A stretch of DNA of 62,415 nucleotides, filler included, from 6 parts of 6 records of this genome joined end to end with filler, not necessarily neighbours in it; one strand, 5' to 3'. Counted from the first letter of the whole stretch, positions 28,678 to 40,261 are shown. The notes: a model not told the origin generated them from the letters alone. Numbers and translations are program-made.

Positions 28678-28816
28678 TTTCGTAGCTTCCTTCGATAAAC
28701 TGCAGCTTATGCGCTGAATAATTTCAAAATATGCGCATTTGGCAGGCGAAATTTCAAGGCAATTGCACGCGCCTTGGGCAATGCTTTGGCCATGTCCCAA
28801 ACGGAGGAGCGGGAAA

Positions 28817-29935
28817 ATGAAAATCGGTTGCCCCAAAGAGATTAAGCCACAGGAATTTCGCGTAGGCATCACGCCTGCAGCGGCGCATGAGGCGGTGGCG
28901 CATGGCCACGAGGTGGTTATGGAAACGGGTGCTGGCGCTGGTGCCGGGTTTGACGATGCGGCCTATCTGGCAGCGGGCGCGCGCATTGTTGGCAGCGCGG
29001 CCGAGGTTTTCGCCCAGGCCGATATGATCGTGAAGGTGAAAGAGCCACAGCCCACAGAGCGTGCAATGCTGCGCGAGGGGCAAGTGCTGTTTACCTATCT
29101 GCATCTGGCGCCCGATCCCGAACAAACCCGCGATTTGCTGGCCTCTGGCGCCACCTGCATTGCCTATGAAACCGTTACAGACGACCGCGGCGGCCTGCCC
29201 TTGCTGGCGCCCATGTCCGAGGTGGCGGGCCGCCTGGCGCCGCAGGTTGGCGCCTGGACGCTGCAAAAAGCCAATGGCGGGCGCGGCGTGCTGATGGGCG
29301 GCGTGCCCGGTGTGGGCCCGGCCAAAGTGGTGGTGATTGGCGGCGGCGTTGTGGGCACCCATGCCGCCAAAGTGGCCGCTGGCATGGGCGCTGATGTAAC
29401 GGTGCTTGACCGCTCGTTGGCGCGGCTGCGCTATCTTGACGATGTGTTTGGCGGCCAGTTCAAAAACCAATATTCCACCGCTGCTGCCACCGCCCAGCTG
29501 GTGCGCGAGGCCGATATGGTGGTGGGCGCGGTGCTGATCCCGGGGGCAGCAGCGCCCAAGCTGGTATCGCGCGCGCAATTGGCCGATATGAAGCCGGGCG
29601 CCGTGCTGGTGGATGTGGCCATCGACCAGGGCGGGTGTTTTGAAACATCGCGCGCCACCACCCATGCCGACCCGATCTATGATGTTGATGGGATCATGCA
29701 TTATTGCGTGGCCAACATGCCGGGGGCGGTTGCGCGCACCTCGACCATTGCGCTGGGCAATGCCACGCTGCCCTTTATGCTGGCTTTGGCAGATAAGGGC
29801 TGGCGCCAGGCCTGTGCAGATGACCCGCATTTGCTGAACGGGTTGAACGTGCATGCCGGCAAGCTGACATATTTTGCCGTGGGGCAGGCCCTGGGGCTGG
29901 ATGTGATCTCGCCGCAACTGGCCATAAAGGGCTAA
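28817..29935 (+). CDS. ald: Alanine dehydrogenase
   Basis: MKIGCPKEIKPQEFRVG, KVKEP, LFTYLHLA, PMSEVAGR, DVAIDQGGC, YCVANMPGAV; GGAGGAG SD. Confidence 0.97.
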   Translation: MKIGCPKEIKPQEFRVGITPAAAHEAVAHGHEVVMETGAGAGAGFDDAAYLAAGARIVGSAAEVFAQADMIVKVKEPQPTERAMLREGQVLFTYLHLAPDPEQTRDLLASGATCIAYETVTDDRGGLPLLAPMSEVAGRLAPQVGAWTLQKANGGRGVLMGGVPGVGPAKVVVIGGGVVGTHAAKVAAGMGADVTVLDRSLARLRYLDDVFGGQFKNQYSTAAATAQLVREADMVVGAVLIPGAAAPKLVSRAQLADMKPGAVLVDVAIDQGGCFETSRATTHADPIYDVDGIMHYCVANMPGAVARTSTIALGNATLPFMLALADKGWRQACADDPHLLNGLNVHAGKLTYFAVGQALGLDVISPQLAIKG

Positions 29936-29946
29936 GTGCCGCATGT

Positions 29947-29970
29947 GGGCAGGCGGGGCACCGCCTGCCT
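29947..29970. terminator. Hairpin between convergent ald and CDF genes
   Basis: GGGCAGGCGG-GGCA-CCGCCTGCCT; no clear U-tract. Confidence 0.45.
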
Positions 29971-29980
29971 GCCGCAGGCG

Positions 29981-30196
29981 CTAAATCACCACAATGCCGC
30001 TGTGTTTGGCTTTGTGGTCTGGCTCGACATGAATTGTGACCACACTGTCGCTGATCGCGGCTTTGACGGCGGCCTCGATCCGGTCGCAAATATCGTGGGC
30101 GGCATCCACCGACATCTCTGCCGGCACAACCAGGTGAAATTCTACGAATGTGGCACGCCCGGCGTGGCGGGCGCGCAGGTCATGCGCCTCGACCGC
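29981..30196 (-). CDS. Cation diffusion facilitator (FieF-like) transporter, C-terminal fragment (absent from the ORF track)
   Basis: Manual translation: AVEAHDLRARHAGRATFVEFHLVVPAEMSVDAAHDICDRIEAAVKAAISDSVVTIHVEPDHKAKHSGIVVI-stop, a CDF dimerisation domain. Confidence 0.88.
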   Translation of the reverse strand, partial: AVEAHDLRARHAGRATFVEFHLVVPAEMSVDAAHDICDRIEAAVKAAISDSVVTIHVEPDHKAKHSGIVVI

Positions 30197-30197
30197 G

Positions 30198-30297
30198 NNN
30201 NNNNNNNNNNNNNNNNNNNNNNNNNNNNNNNNNNNNNNNNNTTAATTAATTAANNNNNNNNNNNNNNNNNNNNNNNNNNNNNNNNNNNNNNNNNNNN
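30198..30297. other. Artificial contig linker
   Basis: 44 N + TTAATTAATTAA + 44 N. Confidence 0.99.
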
Positions 30298-30609
30298 CGG
30301 GTGGTTGATGAGCAGGAACTCCATCACGCCTTCGCGGGCCTTCTTGACCATCTCGGACTTGGTCTCGACCACTGGCGGCTCGCCGTTCGGGCCGGGACGA
30401 AGGTCTTTCACGCCCATGGCACAGGAGGCGGTCGGCTTGGGCGGTCCGCCCTTCACTTCCACCAGGCACATGCGGCAGTTGCCAGCGATAGACAGCCGGT
30501 CGTGGTAACAAAACCGCGGAACCTCGGCGCCCGCCTCTTCACAGGCCTGAAGCAGCGTGTAGTCCGCCGGGACATCCACTTCCTTGCCGTCGATGATGAG
30601 CTTCGTCAT
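30298..30609 (-). CDS. nuoG: NADH-quinone oxidoreductase subunit G, 3'-truncated
   Basis: [34 protein letters not shown]. Confidence 0.96.
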
Positions 30610-30635
30610 CCGTTGCTCTCCAAATCCCGTTCCGC

Positions 30636-31937
30636 TTACTCAGCCGCCACCATGGTCGAAGAAGACTTCGACTTGGCGACATAGTCATCGATGCGTTGCT
30701 CGATAACAGGCCGGAAATTCTTGATCAAACCCTGGATCGGCCAGGCGGCCGCGTCCCCGAGTGCACAAATCGTGTGGCCTTCGACCTGCTTGGTCACCTT
30801 GAACAGCATGTCGATTTCCTCATAGGAGGACTCGCCCTTGACCATTCGTTCCATCACACGCCACATCCAGCCCGTGCCTTCGCGGCACGGTGTGCACTGG
30901 CCGCAGCTTTCGTGCTTGTAGAAGTAGGACAGGCGGGCGATGGCCTTGATGATATCCGTCGATTTGTCCATCACGATCACGGCTGCAGTCCCCAGGCCGG
31001 AGCCAAGACCGCGCAGCGTGTCGAAGTCCATCGGCGCGTCCTTGATCTGCTCTGCCGTGAGGCACGGAACAGACGAACCACCTGGAATAACCGCGAGAAG
31101 GTTGTCCCAGCCACCGCGAATACCGCCGCAATGCTTGTCAATCATCTCGGCAAACGGAATGCCCAGCTCTTCCTCGAAGGTCGAGGGCTTGTTGACGTGG
31201 CCGGAAACACAGAAAAGCTTGGTGCCGGTGTTGTTCGGACGGCCGATCGCCGAGAACCACGCAGCACCGCGGCGCAGGATGGTCGGAGCAACCGCGATCG
31301 ATTCAACGTTGTTCACCGTGGTCGGGCACCCGTAAAGGCCGACGTTTGCCGGGAACGGCGGCTTCAGGCGCGGCTGGCCCTTCTTGCCTTCCAGGCTTTC
31401 CAGCAGCGCGGTTTCCTCGCCGCAGATGTAAGCGCCGGCGCCATGGTGGACATAAATGTCGAAGTCGTAGCCGTTCTTGTTGTTCTTGCCGATCAGACCG
31501 GCGTCATAAGCCTGGTCGATCGCAGCTTGCAAACGCTCGCGCTCGCGGATGAATTCACCGCGAACATAGATGTAGGCAGCAATGGCACCCATCGCATAAC
31601 CGGCAACAAGGCACCCCTCGACCAGCGTGTGCGGGTCATGGCGCAGGATCTCGCGGTCCTTGCAGGTGCCCGGCTCGGATTCGTCGGCGTTGACGACGAG
31701 ATATGCCGGGCGCCCATCGGATTCCTTGGGCATGAACGACCATTTCAGGCCGGTCGGGAAACCGGCACCGCCACGGCCACGCAGACCTGAATCCTTCATT
31801 TCCTGAATGATCCAGTCGCGCCCCTTGTCGATGAGGCCCTTGGTATTGTCCCACTGTCCGCGCTTCTTGGCGCCTTCCAGGCCCCAGTCGTGGAGACCGT
31901 AGATATTGGTGAAGATCCGATCCTGATCCTTCAGCAT
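30636..31937 (-). CDS. nuoF: NADH-quinone oxidoreductase subunit F
   Basis: [44 protein letters not shown]. Confidence 0.98.
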   Translation of the reverse strand: MLKDQDRIFTNIYGLHDWGLEGAKKRGQWDNTKGLIDKGRDWIIQEMKDSGLRGRGGAGFPTGLKWSFMPKESDGRPAYLVVNADESEPGTCKDREILRHDPHTLVEGCLVAGYAMGAIAAYIYVRGEFIRERERLQAAIDQAYDAGLIGKNNKNGYDFDIYVHHGAGAYICGEETALLESLEGKKGQPRLKPPFPANVGLYGCPTTVNNVESIAVAPTILRRGAAWFSAIGRPNNTGTKLFCVSGHVNKPSTFEEELGIPFAEMIDKHCGGIRGGWDNLLAVIPGGSSVPCLTAEQIKDAPMDFDTLRGLGSGLGTAAVIVMDKSTDIIKAIARLSYFYKHESCGQCTPCREGTGWMWRVMERMVKGESSYEEIDMLFKVTKQVEGHTICALGDAAAWPIQGLIKNFRPVIEQRIDDYVAKSKSSSTMVAAE

Positions 31938-31946
31938 CTCTTCCCC

Positions 31947-33221
31947 CTAGTCTTCGCTCTTGGAGGAGGCCACTTCACCGGCTTCCACGCGCTTGGAAAA
32001 ATCTGTTTCACCGCCGGATGCCAGAACCTTGGCCTGCTCAATCCAGCCATCACGTTCGATACGGCCCTTGAACTTCAGACGGCTGTCGACCCAGGCAACT
32101 TCCTGCGGTCCCCATGAGGCGACCTGATCGAAGTGGAAAAACCCGAGTTCGTTGAGTGTCGCTTCCAGTTTCGGACCGACACCCTTCAGCTTCTTCAGGT
32201 CGTCCGGCTTGCCGCCGCGCGCTTCCTTCAGAAGTTCAGGTTCTTTTTCCTGACTGTCGGTGCTTCCACTGGTGTCGGCTGTGCGGGCAACTTCGACTTC
32301 GGCACGGTCGTCGGAATCAGGCTTACCCTTGTTCTGACTGCGCGCTGCAGGCGTAGCTGCTTTTTCGGCCTTTGCTTTCTTGGCCGGTTCAGCCTTTGCC
32401 TCAGCCTTCTTGGGCGCAGCTGCCGCTGGCGCTTCACTTGCCTTGGTCGACTTGACTGCATGCGCCGCCTTTACCTTGGCAACAGCATCTTCTGCAGGGG
32501 TCGGCACGCCATCATAGTCGTTGCCACCTGCATTGATCGGTGCGCCGGCAAAAGCATGAGACGCCTTTTCCGAACCATCGACAAGGTGGGGAACCGGCAG
32601 CTCACCCTTCGTGTTGTCATCGATTTCAGTGAGCGACGTCTGACCGCCTTCGGCCATTGCAAAACGGCGGCCGTTCTGCGGGCCCGGCGTTACTTCCTTG
32701 CCGGCGGCGATATCGTCGATCAGCTGGTTGAAGCTGTCTTCAGTCAGGTCTTCATAGGTATCCTTGAAGATCTGCACCATCGGCGCATTTACACAGGCTC
32801 CAAGACACTCGACTTCTTCCCAGGAGAACATGCCATCCTCGGAAATCTCGTGCATGTGCTTGGCAATGCGGCTCTTGCAGATCTTGATCAGGTCTTCCGA
32901 CCCGCGCAACTGACACGGCGTCGTGCCACAAACCTGAATATGGGCCTTCTTGCCGACCGGCTGCAGCTGGAACATGGTGTAGAACGTCGCCACTTCCAGA
33001 ACGCGGATCTTCGGCATGTCGAGCAGGTCCGCGATATAGCGGATTGCCGGCTCACTCACCCAACCTTCGTTCTGTTCCTGCGCACGCCACAAAAGCGGAA
33101 TGACCGCGGAGGCCTGACGGCCTGCCGGATAACGGTCGATCAGCTTCTTTGCCCAGTCGAGGTTCTTCTCGGTGAACGCGAAGCTTTCTGGTTGTTCCGC
33201 GGCAAGTCGGCGAACTGCCAT
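31947..33221 (-). CDS. nuoE: NADH-quinone oxidoreductase subunit E with long C-terminal extension
   Basis: [26 protein letters not shown]; then an Ala/Lys-rich linker and an HhH-like domain [14 protein letters not shown]. Confidence 0.95.
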   Translation of the reverse strand: MAVRRLAAEQPESFAFTEKNLDWAKKLIDRYPAGRQASAVIPLLWRAQEQNEGWVSEPAIRYIADLLDMPKIRVLEVATFYTMFQLQPVGKKAHIQVCGTTPCQLRGSEDLIKICKSRIAKHMHEISEDGMFSWEEVECLGACVNAPMVQIFKDTYEDLTEDSFNQLIDDIAAGKEVTPGPQNGRRFAMAEGGQTSLTEIDDNTKGELPVPHLVDGSEKASHAFAGAPINAGGNDYDGVPTPAEDAVAKVKAAHAVKSTKASEAPAAAAPKKAEAKAEPAKKAKAEKAATPAARSQNKGKPDSDDRAEVEVARTADTSGSTDSQEKEPELLKEARGGKPDDLKKLKGVGPKLEATLNELGFFHFDQVASWGPQEVAWVDSRLKFKGRIERDGWIEQAKVLASGGETDFSKRVEAGEVASSKSED

Positions 33222-33302
33222 GGTGTTATCCCCGTTCTGTCAAAATGACCGGAGCCGGACGGGCGGCTGCCAGGGTCGAAAATTGGTTGTGTGCCGTCCG
33301 CA

Positions 33303-34487
33303 TCAGCGGTCGACCTCACCGAACACGATGTCCAGAGACCCCAGCACTGCCGAAACGTCGGCAAGCATGTGCCCGCGGCACAGGAAGTCCATGGCCTGAA
33401 GGTGGCTGTAGCCAGGCGCCTTGATCTTGCAACGGTACGGCTTGTTGGTACCGTCCGCGACCAGATAGACGCCGAACTCACCCTTGGGTGCTTCAACGGC
33501 TGCGTAAACTTCACCAGCCGGGACGTGATAGCCTTCGGTGTAGAGCTTGAAGTGGTGGATGAGCGCTTCCATCGAACGCTTCATTTCACCGCGCTTCGGC
33601 GGCACGATCTTGCCGTCGATGGACGAGACCGGACCAGTTTCGACCGTCAGCTTTTCCAGGCACTGCTTCATGATCCGGACTGACTGGCGCATTTCTTCCA
33701 TGCGGATCAGGTAGCGGTCGTAACAGTCGCCGTTCTTGCCGATCGGAATATCGAAATCAAGTTCGGAATAGCATTCGTAAGGCTGCGACTTGCGCAGATC
33801 CCAAGGTGCACCGGATCCACGAACCATCACGCCGGAGAAGCCCCAGGCCCAGGCATCGTCAAGGTCGACAACGCCAATATCCACGTTGCGCTGCTTGAAA
33901 ATACGGTTGTCGGTCAGGAGACCTTCGATGTCGTCAAGCGTCTGCAGGAACGGATCACAGAAGTCCCAGATGTCGTCGAGCAGGTCACGAGACAGATCCT
34001 GGTGAACACCGCCCGGACGAACGTAAGCTGCGTGCATGCGGGCACCGCAAGCACGCTCGTAGAACACCATCAGCTCTTCGCGGGGCTCGAAGCCCCAGAG
34101 CGGCGGTGTCAGCGCGCCCACGTCCATGGCCTGCGTCGTCACGTTCAGAAGATGTGACAGCAGACGACCGATTTCCGAATAAAGGACACGGATCAGCTGG
34201 CCGCGCTTGGGCACTTCCACACCAAGCATACGTTCGACTGCAAGCGCAAAAGCGTGTTCCTGGTTCATCGGCGCCACGTAGTCGAGGCGGTCGAAGTAAG
34301 GCACAGCCTGCAGATAAGTCTTCTGCTCGATCAGCTTTTCGGTGCCACGGTGCAGCAAGCCGATGTGCGGATCCACACGCGTTACCACTTCGCCGTCGAG
34401 CTCAAGCACGAGGCGCAGCACGCCGTGCGCCGCCGGGTGCTGCGGACCGAAGTTGATGTTGAAGTTACGAACCTGAGCCTCAGCCAT
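33303..34487 (-). CDS. nuoD: NADH-quinone oxidoreductase subunit D
   Basis: [39 protein letters not shown]. Confidence 0.98.
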   Translation of the reverse strand: MAEAQVRNFNINFGPQHPAAHGVLRLVLELDGEVVTRVDPHIGLLHRGTEKLIEQKTYLQAVPYFDRLDYVAPMNQEHAFALAVERMLGVEVPKRGQLIRVLYSEIGRLLSHLLNVTTQAMDVGALTPPLWGFEPREELMVFYERACGARMHAAYVRPGGVHQDLSRDLLDDIWDFCDPFLQTLDDIEGLLTDNRIFKQRNVDIGVVDLDDAWAWGFSGVMVRGSGAPWDLRKSQPYECYSELDFDIPIGKNGDCYDRYLIRMEEMRQSVRIMKQCLEKLTVETGPVSSIDGKIVPPKRGEMKRSMEALIHHFKLYTEGYHVPAGEVYAAVEAPKGEFGVYLVADGTNKPYRCKIKAPGYSHLQAMDFLCRGHMLADVSAVLGSLDIVFGEVDR

Positions 34488-34923
34488 TTTGAGGTTCCTG
34501 CATTTTTTGCGTGAAATAGGCGATGACTTCGGGACCGGTCATTCTGCGGGTTTCATTAGCGAAAGCGTAGTTTGCCGGCTGTTCGTCAACGAAAATTTCG
34601 GACGTGAATTTGAAAACGGACGGATCGTCAAAGGCTTGCGCGGAAACGCTCACGTGTGAGCCGTCGGCCATGCGCCACATCAGCGAGGAACCGCACTTGC
34701 TGCAGAAAACCCGCTCGCCGTAGTCGGATGACTTGTAGACGCCGAGGGCATCGTTGCCTTGAACGTCCAGACTGTCCATCGATCCGCAGCTGACAGCCAT
34801 ATAGGTACCACCAGTCCAGCGGCGGCACATGGCGCAGTGGCAGACTCCCATTTCGCCGTCCACCGGCGTTGCGGCAAACCGCACCTCGCCGCAAAGACAC
34901 CCACCTGAAAGCCGTTCGCTCAT
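34480..34923 (-). CDS. GFA/CENP-V family zinc-binding protein
   Basis: [27 protein letters not shown]. Confidence 0.92.
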   Translation of the reverse strand: MSERLSGGCLCGEVRFAATPVDGEMGVCHCAMCRRWTGGTYMAVSCGSMDSLDVQGNDALGVYKSSDYGERVFCSKCGSSLMWRMADGSHVSVSAQAFDDPSVFKFTSEIFVDEQPANYAFANETRRMTGPEVIAYFTQKMQEPQNG

Positions 34924-34937
34924 CCCTGCCCCGCCCT

Positions 34938-35543
34938 TCAGTTGGTCGTTGCCTTCTCGTCACCGGGCAGCACGTAGTCCGTGCCTTCCCAGGGCGAGAG
35001 GAAGTCGAAGGAGCGCATTTCCTGGTTCAGGCGTACCGGTTCGTAGACAACGCGTTTCTTCTCGTCGTCATAACGAACTTCGACAAAGCCCGTAACCGGG
35101 AAATCCTTGCGCAGCGGATATCCGTCAAAACCATAGTCGGTCAGGATGCGGCGCAGGTCCGGATGGCCGGAGAACAGAATGCCGTACATGTCGTAGGCTT
35201 CACGCTCGAACCATTCAGCACCTGGAAACAGCGGGGTCAGCGAAGCAACCGGCGTATTTTCGTCGGTTGCGACCTTTACACGAACGCGCTGGTTCTGAAC
35301 GGGAGACAGGAAGTGGTAGACAACGTCAAAGCGCTTCTCGCGCGAAGGGTAATCCACACCGCAAATATCCGTCAGATTGACGAACTTGCACGAGCTGTTG
35401 TCGCGCAGAAAGCGGATCGCATCGAGAATGTCGGTCGCGTTTACGGTCAGCGTCAGCTCACCGTATTCGACCTTCCAGGACACAAGGGACTCACCCAGAC
35501 CGAGCTCGATATGCTCAGCGAGTTCCTTCAACGTCTCGTCCAT
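34938..35543 (-). CDS. nuoC: NADH-quinone oxidoreductase subunit C
   Basis: [35 protein letters not shown]; start at MDETL with GAGG SD. Confidence 0.96.
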   Translation of the reverse strand: MDETLKELAEHIELGLGESLVSWKVEYGELTLTVNATDILDAIRFLRDNSSCKFVNLTDICGVDYPSREKRFDVVYHFLSPVQNQRVRVKVATDENTPVASLTPLFPGAEWFEREAYDMYGILFSGHPDLRRILTDYGFDGYPLRKDFPVTGFVEVRYDDEKKRVVYEPVRLNQEMRSFDFLSPWEGTDYVLPGDEKATTN

Positions 35544-35724
35544 CGTGTTCGACCTCACTCGTAGATCTGCAGCGTTCAACCGGTTCCGATTGAGTGCCGA
35601 CTGCCGATCGATCCAGTTTGCCGGGTCTTTGTTGCGCCCCGCTGGACGCGACCCGGAGAGTCAGTTGAACGGGCGCCAGGCGCCCACTCCCTCAAAAATC
35701 CGCCGCCTCTTCGGCGGCAGATCC

Positions 35725-36303
35725 TTATCTTTCGATAGTGCCCGTGCGGCGGATCTTCTTTTGAAGCATCAACACGCCGTAGAGCAGCGCCTCGGCTGTC
35801 GGAGGACAGCCTGGAACGTAGATATCGACCGGCACCACGCGGTCGCAGCCGCGCACCACAGAATAGGAATAGTGGTAGTAGCCGCCACCATTGGCACAGG
35901 ACCCCATGGAAATGACGTACCGCGGCTCAGGCATCTGGTCGTAGACCTTGCGCAGCGCAGGCGCCATTTTGTTCGTCAGCGTGCCGGCAACGATCATCAC
36001 GTCCGACTGGCGCGGTGAAGCGCGCGGCGCGAAGCCGAAACGCTCGGCGTCATAGCGCGGCATCGACATCTGCATCATTTCAACGGCGCAGCAGGCCAGG
36101 CCGAAGGTCATCCACATCAGCGAGCCGGTACGGGCCCACTGGATGAGGTTGTCGGTGGAGGTTACGAGAAAGCCCTTGTCGGCCAGTTCGTTATTGACTT
36201 CCAGGAAGAATGCGTCATCCGCGCCGACAGGCTTGCCCGTATTCGGGTCGATAATACCCTGCGGCTGCGGTGCGACGAGCGGCTCGGTCGTGGTCAATCC
36301 CAT
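35725..36303 (-). CDS. nuoB: NADH-quinone oxidoreductase subunit B
   Basis: [36 protein letters not shown]. Confidence 0.97.
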   Translation of the reverse strand: MGLTTTEPLVAPQPQGIIDPNTGKPVGADDAFFLEVNNELADKGFLVTSTDNLIQWARTGSLMWMTFGLACCAVEMMQMSMPRYDAERFGFAPRASPRQSDVMIVAGTLTNKMAPALRKVYDQMPEPRYVISMGSCANGGGYYHYSYSVVRGCDRVVPVDIYVPGCPPTAEALLYGVLMLQKKIRRTGTIER

Positions 36304-36659
36304 TCCAGCGCTCCCTTTTTCCATTCGTAGATGAAGCCGACGGTCAGGACACCGAGGAAGACCATCATGGACCAGAAGCCGTACCAGCCCAGGTCACCGA
36401 ACACGGTTGCCCAGGGGAACAGGAACGCGACTTCCAGGTCGAAGATGATGAAGAGGATCGAGACCAGATAAAAGCGCACGTCAAATTTCATGCGTGCATC
36501 GTCGAAAGCGTTGAAGCCGCACTCATAGGCCGACAGTTTTTCCGGATCCGGATTCTTGTAGGCCAGGATGAAAGGCGAAATCAGCAGCGCAAGGCCGATC
36601 ACCAGCGCAATGCCGATGAACACGACGATCGGGACATATTCCCGCAAGAGTTCTTCCAT
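36294..36659 (-). CDS. nuoA: NADH-quinone oxidoreductase subunit A
   Basis: [34 protein letters not shown]. Confidence 0.97.
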   Translation of the reverse strand: MEELLREYVPIVVFIGIALVIGLALLISPFILAYKNPDPEKLSAYECGFNAFDDARMKFDVRFYLVSILFIIFDLEVAFLFPWATVFGDLGWYGFWSMMVFLGVLTVGFIYEWKKGALEWD

Positions 36660-37169
36660 GTCTTTCGCGTCCTTGCATATGGAGGCGGATCGGGAGGCGA
36701 TCCGGTGCCAGGGCTGCGCGCCCCGTTGCCTTCATTATACCGGCAGGTCACGCTGTGCCCGTCGGCGTTATGAAACCAACATGCGAGCGCACGCTTAGCT
36801 TACGACTTGGTGCAACGCAAGACCCACATGCGGTCAAACTCTTGCCATGTTTGCACCTGTTTCGCACCTACCCCCGACAAATCCTTAATTTCAGCCAGTT
36901 TGCAGGAAGGCAAAAACTTTGCACAACCCTTCAGGAAATATGCCGCACCTGCGTTCGTTTTCCACCCCCCTCGCAGAATCGAAGCAAACGCCAGACAAAC
37001 ACCAAAAGAGCTGAAATTTGAATGGACTGCGTCGCCCCTGCCTTGAACGCATGATAGCCATCTTGGCGACAATGCCAAGGGGTTGCCTGTCTGCGCGGCA
37101 AAGCGCTCGCTTTGCGCGAGGCTTGATGTTTTCGATTGAACAGTCTGGGGAAACAAGAGGTACCGTGAG

Positions 37170-37197
37170 TGGCGCGAGTGACGGGGCTCGAACCCGC
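37170..37197 (-). tRNA. tRNA-Asp, 3' part only
   Basis: Minus strand GCGGGTTCGAGCCCCGTCACTCGCGCCA is a T-arm plus acceptor and CCA typical of alphaproteobacterial tRNA-Asp. Anticodon not visible. Confidence 0.8.
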
Positions 37198-37297
37198 NNN
37201 NNNNNNNNNNNNNNNNNNNNNNNNNNNNNNNNNNNNNNNNNTTAATTAATTAANNNNNNNNNNNNNNNNNNNNNNNNNNNNNNNNNNNNNNNNNNNN
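37198..37297. other. Artificial contig linker
   Basis: 44 N + TTAATTAATTAA + 44 N. Confidence 0.99.
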
Positions 37298-37717
<420 letters not shown>

Positions 37718-37843
37718 TCAAGCGCTTTGTCAAATCTGAAACTCGGCATGCCGGGCACACCGCAAATACTTGAGCGACGCCTCCCTTGTGGTGAGACACC
37801 ACAAAAGGGCATCGCGCAGGACAACTCTACGCCTGACAGTAGA

Positions 37844-37889
37844 ATAGGACCAATTGATTGCTTGACAGCTTGCTATTGGTTTTACCTAT
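37844..37889. promoter_or_regulatory. OxyR-like binding site upstream of katG
   Basis: ATAG-N7-TGAT-N16-ATTG-N7-CTAT. Confidence 0.55.
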
Positions 37890-37906
37890 AGATTATTTTT
37901 TGCAAC

Positions 37907-37941
37907 AAAAACAAAGGCCCCGGAGCATCTGCCCCGGGACC
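37907..37941 (-). terminator. Intrinsic terminator of hppA
   Basis: Minus strand GGTCCCGGGGCA-GA-TGCTCCGGGGCC-TTTGTTTTT. Confidence 0.75.
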
Positions 37942-37963
37942 TCCTAAGAAAAATTCATTTTCC

Positions 37964-40117
37964 CTACAGGCCGGCGAGGACCGCCAACAGCAACAGGGCC
38001 ACGATATTCGTGATCTTGATCATCGGGTTCACAGCCGGACCGGCGGTGTCCTTGTAGGGGTCACCGACCGTATCGCCCGTCACAGCAGCCTTGTGGGCTT
38101 CAGAGCCCTTGCCGCCATGATGGCCGTCTTCGATGTACTTCTTGGCGTTGTCCCAAGCGCCGCCGCCCGATGTCATCGAGATGGCGACGAACAGGCCGGT
38201 TACGATCACACCCAGCAGCATGGCACCGACAGCTGCGAAGGCAGCGCCCTTGCCAGCAATCGCGAGGATCACGCCAAACAGTACCACCGGTGACAACACA
38301 GGAAGGAGCGAAGGCACGATCATTTCCTTGATCGCCGCCTGGGTCAGCAGGTCGACGGCCCTGCCATAGTCCGGCTTCACTTCGCCTTTCATGATGCCCG
38401 GCATTTCACGGAACTGCCGGCGGACTTCCTCCACCACAGCCTGCGCGGCCCGGCCCACAGCCATCATCGACATGCCGCCGAAGAGGAATGGCAGAAGACC
38501 ACCGAACAGGAGACCGACCACGACGTACGGATTGGCGATCGAGAAATCGACCGTCACGCCAGAGAAGAACGATCCTTCCGCAGCCTTCGCCGAGAAGTAT
38601 TTCAAGTCTTCCGAATAGGCCGCAAACAGGACGAGCGCACCGAGGCCCGCAGACCCGATGGCGTAACCTTTGGTAACTGCCTTGGTCGTGTTCCCGACAG
38701 CGTCGAGGGCGTCGGTCGTGTCACGCACTTCCGATGGCAGCTCCGACATTTCAGCGATACCACCCGCATTGTCCGTCACCGGACCGAATGCATCGAGCGC
38801 CACGATCATGCCTGCCAGGGCCAGCATGGTCGTCGTTGCGATGGCAACGCCGTACAGGCCAGCGAGGTTATAAGTGGCAATGATGCCCGCGATGATCGTC
38901 AACGCCGGAAGCGCCGTCGACTCGAGCGACACGGCAAGCCCCTGGATCACGTTCGTGCCGTGTCCGGACTCCGACGCCTTCGCCACCGACCGCACCGGAC
39001 GATACTTCGTCTCGGTATAGTAAGCGGTAATGACCACAATCAGGCCTGTCACAACGAGCCCCAGAAGGCCACAAAGGAACAGGTCCATACCCGTGATCTC
39101 TCCGGACAGGCCAAGGGCCGTTGCAGCGCCGTCAAGAACACCGAACCCGGCGGGCAGAACCTGGCTGATCACCAGCGCCAGCGCACCGATCGACAAGACA
39201 CCCGTGACGATCAGGCCCTTGTAGAGCGCGCCCATCACATCTGTTTTGCCGGGGCCGAGATTCACGAAGTAAGTCCCGATAATGGAGGTGATGATGCACA
39301 CGCCGCCAATGGCGAGCGGAAGCAGCATCAGGTCACCCAAATAGCTGGCGTCCGCAAAATAGATCGCCCCGAGAACCATCGTCGCGACCAGCGTCACGGC
39401 ATAGGTCTCGAACAGGTCAGCGGCCATGCCGGCACAATCGCCGACATTGTCGCCGACATTGTCAGCGATGGTCGCAGCGTTACGCGGGTCATCTTCCGGA
39501 ATACCGGCTTCGACCTTACCGACCATGTCTCCACCGACATCCGCACCTTTGGTGAAGATACCGCCGCCGAGACGCGCGAAAATCGAGATCAGGGACGCGC
39601 CGAATCCAAGTGCGACCAGGGAATCGATGATTTCCCGCTTCTGGTCTTCCTCAGACAGGCTGAGCCCCATGACCATGGTCATGAAGCCGTAATAGAGAAC
39701 GATACCAAGCAGCGCGAGGCCGACCACGAGCATGCCGGTCACGGCACCTGACTTGAAGGCCATCTTGAGTCCGGCATTAAGACCGGATTTTGCGGCCTCT
39801 GTTGTGCGAACGTTAGCCTGTACCGACACTTTCATGCCGATGAAACCTGCAGCACCTGACAGGACAGCGCCGACAATGAAGCCGAGCGGCTGTTGCCAGC
39901 TCTGGAATGCCAGTCCCAACAGGACAACGACCACAACACCGACAATTGCGATGGTGCGATACTGGCGACCGAGATAGGCGTTTGCGCCTTCCTGGATAGC
40001 CGCAGCGATTTCGCGCATTCGCGCGTCACCCGCGGGGGCGGACTGGATCGAACGAGCTTGAATGAACCCGTACAAAACCGAGATTACGCCCGCTGCGAGA
40101 GCGAGATAATACCACAT
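37964..40117 (-). CDS. hppA: Membrane-bound H+-translocating pyrophosphatase (K+-independent type)
   Basis: [47 protein letters not shown]. Confidence 0.96.
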   Translation of the reverse strand: MWYYLALAAGVISVLYGFIQARSIQSAPAGDARMREIAAAIQEGANAYLGRQYRTIAIVGVVVVVLLGLAFQSWQQPLGFIVGAVLSGAAGFIGMKVSVQANVRTTEAAKSGLNAGLKMAFKSGAVTGMLVVGLALLGIVLYYGFMTMVMGLSLSEEDQKREIIDSLVALGFGASLISIFARLGGGIFTKGADVGGDMVGKVEAGIPEDDPRNAATIADNVGDNVGDCAGMAADLFETYAVTLVATMVLGAIYFADASYLGDLMLLPLAIGGVCIITSIIGTYFVNLGPGKTDVMGALYKGLIVTGVLSIGALALVISQVLPAGFGVLDGAATALGLSGEITGMDLFLCGLLGLVVTGLIVVITAYYTETKYRPVRSVAKASESGHGTNVIQGLAVSLESTALPALTIIAGIIATYNLAGLYGVAIATTTMLALAGMIVALDAFGPVTDNAGGIAEMSELPSEVRDTTDALDAVGNTTKAVTKGYAIGSAGLGALVLFAAYSEDLKYFSAKAAEGSFFSGVTVDFSIANPYVVVGLLFGGLLPFLFGGMSMMAVGRAAQAVVEEVRRQFREMPGIMKGEVKPDYGRAVDLLTQAAIKEMIVPSLLPVLSPVVLFGVILAIAGKGAAFAAVGAMLLGVIVTGLFVAISMTSGGGAWDNAKKYIEDGHHGGKGSEAHKAAVTGDTVGDPYKDTAGPAVNPMIKITNIVALLLLAVLAGL

Positions 40118-40261
40118 GAACCTTGTTTCCTTCCCTAGCCAAAACGAACCGGTTTTTCCCGGTTTCTTCCTGAGCTTTCCTTATTATGGGTACTTTGCTG
40201 CCACCCCCTGACGTTGCGTGCAAGATGCCTCACGTTTTGAGCGAGTCAGGCAAGACCCGGT

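Noticed and set aside
28709-28756. Lrp/AldR operator (ATGCGC..GCGCAT, repeated AATTTCAA)
   Set aside because: Plausible but too degenerate to define, and an expected, known arrangement.
28678-28872. Long ORF-track starts for Lrp (28872) and ald (28739); likewise thiL 41257, pntAA 54315, nuoC 35579, cpaE 48595 and the OmpA protein 60457
   Set aside because: The extensions overlap neighbouring genes or promoters; family-typical N-termini begin at the downstream starts used in the feature list.
28754-29944. 396-aa ORF antisense to ald, and similar long shadow ORFs (4504-5700, 7106-8365, 25788-27248, 30696-31790, 32133-33248, 47666-48667, 52335-53195)
   Set aside because: They lie opposite well-conserved genes, have no recognisable motifs, and are expected from codon bias in GC-rich DNA.
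29936-30197. Plus-strand 105-aa ORF after ald
   Set aside because: The minus strand encodes a clear CDF transporter C-terminus here.
36755-37156. Short ORFs upstream of nuoA (36755-37021, 36800-37156, 36807-37046)
   Set aside because: No SD, motifs or typical codon usage; more likely promoter/spacer DNA.
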